Assembly (NCBI GenBank): GCA_963700705.1 | Contig: CAVOYQ010000022.1 | Coordinates: forward strand, 38,218 to 102,217 | Reading direction: 5' to 3' | Length of the DNA stretch: 64,000 nt | Source: an uncultured Gammaproteobacteria bacterium | GTDB lineage: Bacteria > Pseudomonadota > Gammaproteobacteria > Xanthomonadales > SZUA-36 | Shown here: positions 63,605-64,000 of the stretch, in pieces | Layout: each line of letters starts with the position of its first letter | Numbering within the stretch: position 1 is the stretch's first letter | The notes under the pieces: model-generated | Databases searched by the model: none | The model's input: only the letters and a program-made list of their open reading frames with translations | Told to the model about the DNA's origin: nothing | Position numbers and translations under genes: made by a program

Positions 63605-64000
63605 CTAACCTTCCAGTTCCTGCCAGCGGGCGTAGGCGGCTTCCAGGTCAGCGCGGATTTTCGCCAGGTCGGTGATGACGCGCTGCGTGGTTTCGTGATC
63701 CTGCTGGTAAAAAGCAGGGTCCGAGATGGCAGCCGCCAGCTCTTCCTGCCGGCGCTCCAATTGGTCAATAACGCCCGGCAAGGCTTCCAGCTCCCTTTTA
63801 TCCTTGTAGGATAACTTGACCGGCTTTGCCTGCCGGACCACAGGCTTGACCGCGGCTGTGGCAACAGGCTCCGGTTCCGGCGCCTTGTCTGCCGGTTGCT
63901 CCAGGTTCACCAGCCTGCCGCCTTTCTGCGCCCAGCTGCTGTAGCCACCAACGTACTCGGCGACCCGGCCTTCCCCTTCCAGTACGAAAATGCTGGTTAC
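63605..64000 (-). CDS. uup: ABC-F ATPase Uup-type, C-terminal part (gene continues beyond the window end)
   Basis: The frame is open from base 64000: VTSIFVLEGEGRVAEYVGGYSSWAQKGG...KLSYKDKRELEALPGVIDQLERRQEELAAAISDPAFYQQ... is the Uup C-terminal coiled-coil domain. Confidence 0.75.
   Translation of the reverse strand, partial: VTSIFVLEGEGRVAEYVGGYSSWAQKGGRLVNLEQPADKAPEPEPVATAAVKPVVRQAKPVKLSYKDKRELEALPGVIDQLERRQEELAAAISDPAFYQQDHETTQRVITDLAKIRADLEAAYARWQELEG

Overview
GC-rich gammaproteobacterial chromosomal segment. Gene order resembles Pseudomonas, Marinobacter or Oceanospirillales: xerD-dsbC, lptG-lptF/pepA-holC-valS, ygfB-pepP-ubiH-ubiI, zapA-6S RNA-5-FCL-EVE-rpiA. All calls come from hand reading of the ORF track and sequence (motifs, signal peptides, synteny); no searches were run.

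Main blocks:
1. 1-13.2 kb: a complete Xps-order type II secretion cluster (gspE-F-G-H-I-J-K-L-M-N/C-like-D). It is bracketed by three uncharacterised envelope proteins: a secreted protein, a small lipoprotein and a 4-TM membrane protein.
2. purL, dsbC, xerD.
3. A six-gene TonB2-type energy-transduction cluster (DUF3450, long MotA/TolQ/ExbB, ExbB, ExbD, TonB, TPR).
4. An RDD-family gene flanked by two inverted-repeat-bounded non-coding elements that share a hairpin core.
5. Housekeeping genes: lptFG, pepA, holC, valS, rimI, holD, pssA, proS, trpS, oxyR, ubiH/ubiI, pepP, zapA, ssrS, rpiA.
6. A decayed polysaccharide-modification islet: sulfotransferase pseudogene, Wzx-like flippase, kdsC remnant.
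7. A divergent Pat acetyltransferase / HDAC-type deacetylase pair.
8. An isolated nirS with an extra N-terminal cytochrome c domain and a perfect FNR/Dnr box, next to a haem-type TonB-dependent receptor and nsrR.
9. An aldehyde dehydrogenase-sortase-LPKTAT substrate operon (proteobacterial sortase system).

About 18 reading-frame breaks are scattered over the window, including in valS and purL. The sequence therefore probably carries indel errors, although a few loci (kdsC remnant, cysK, sulfotransferase) look genuinely decayed. No CRISPR array, tRNA, rRNA, transposase or phage gene was seen.
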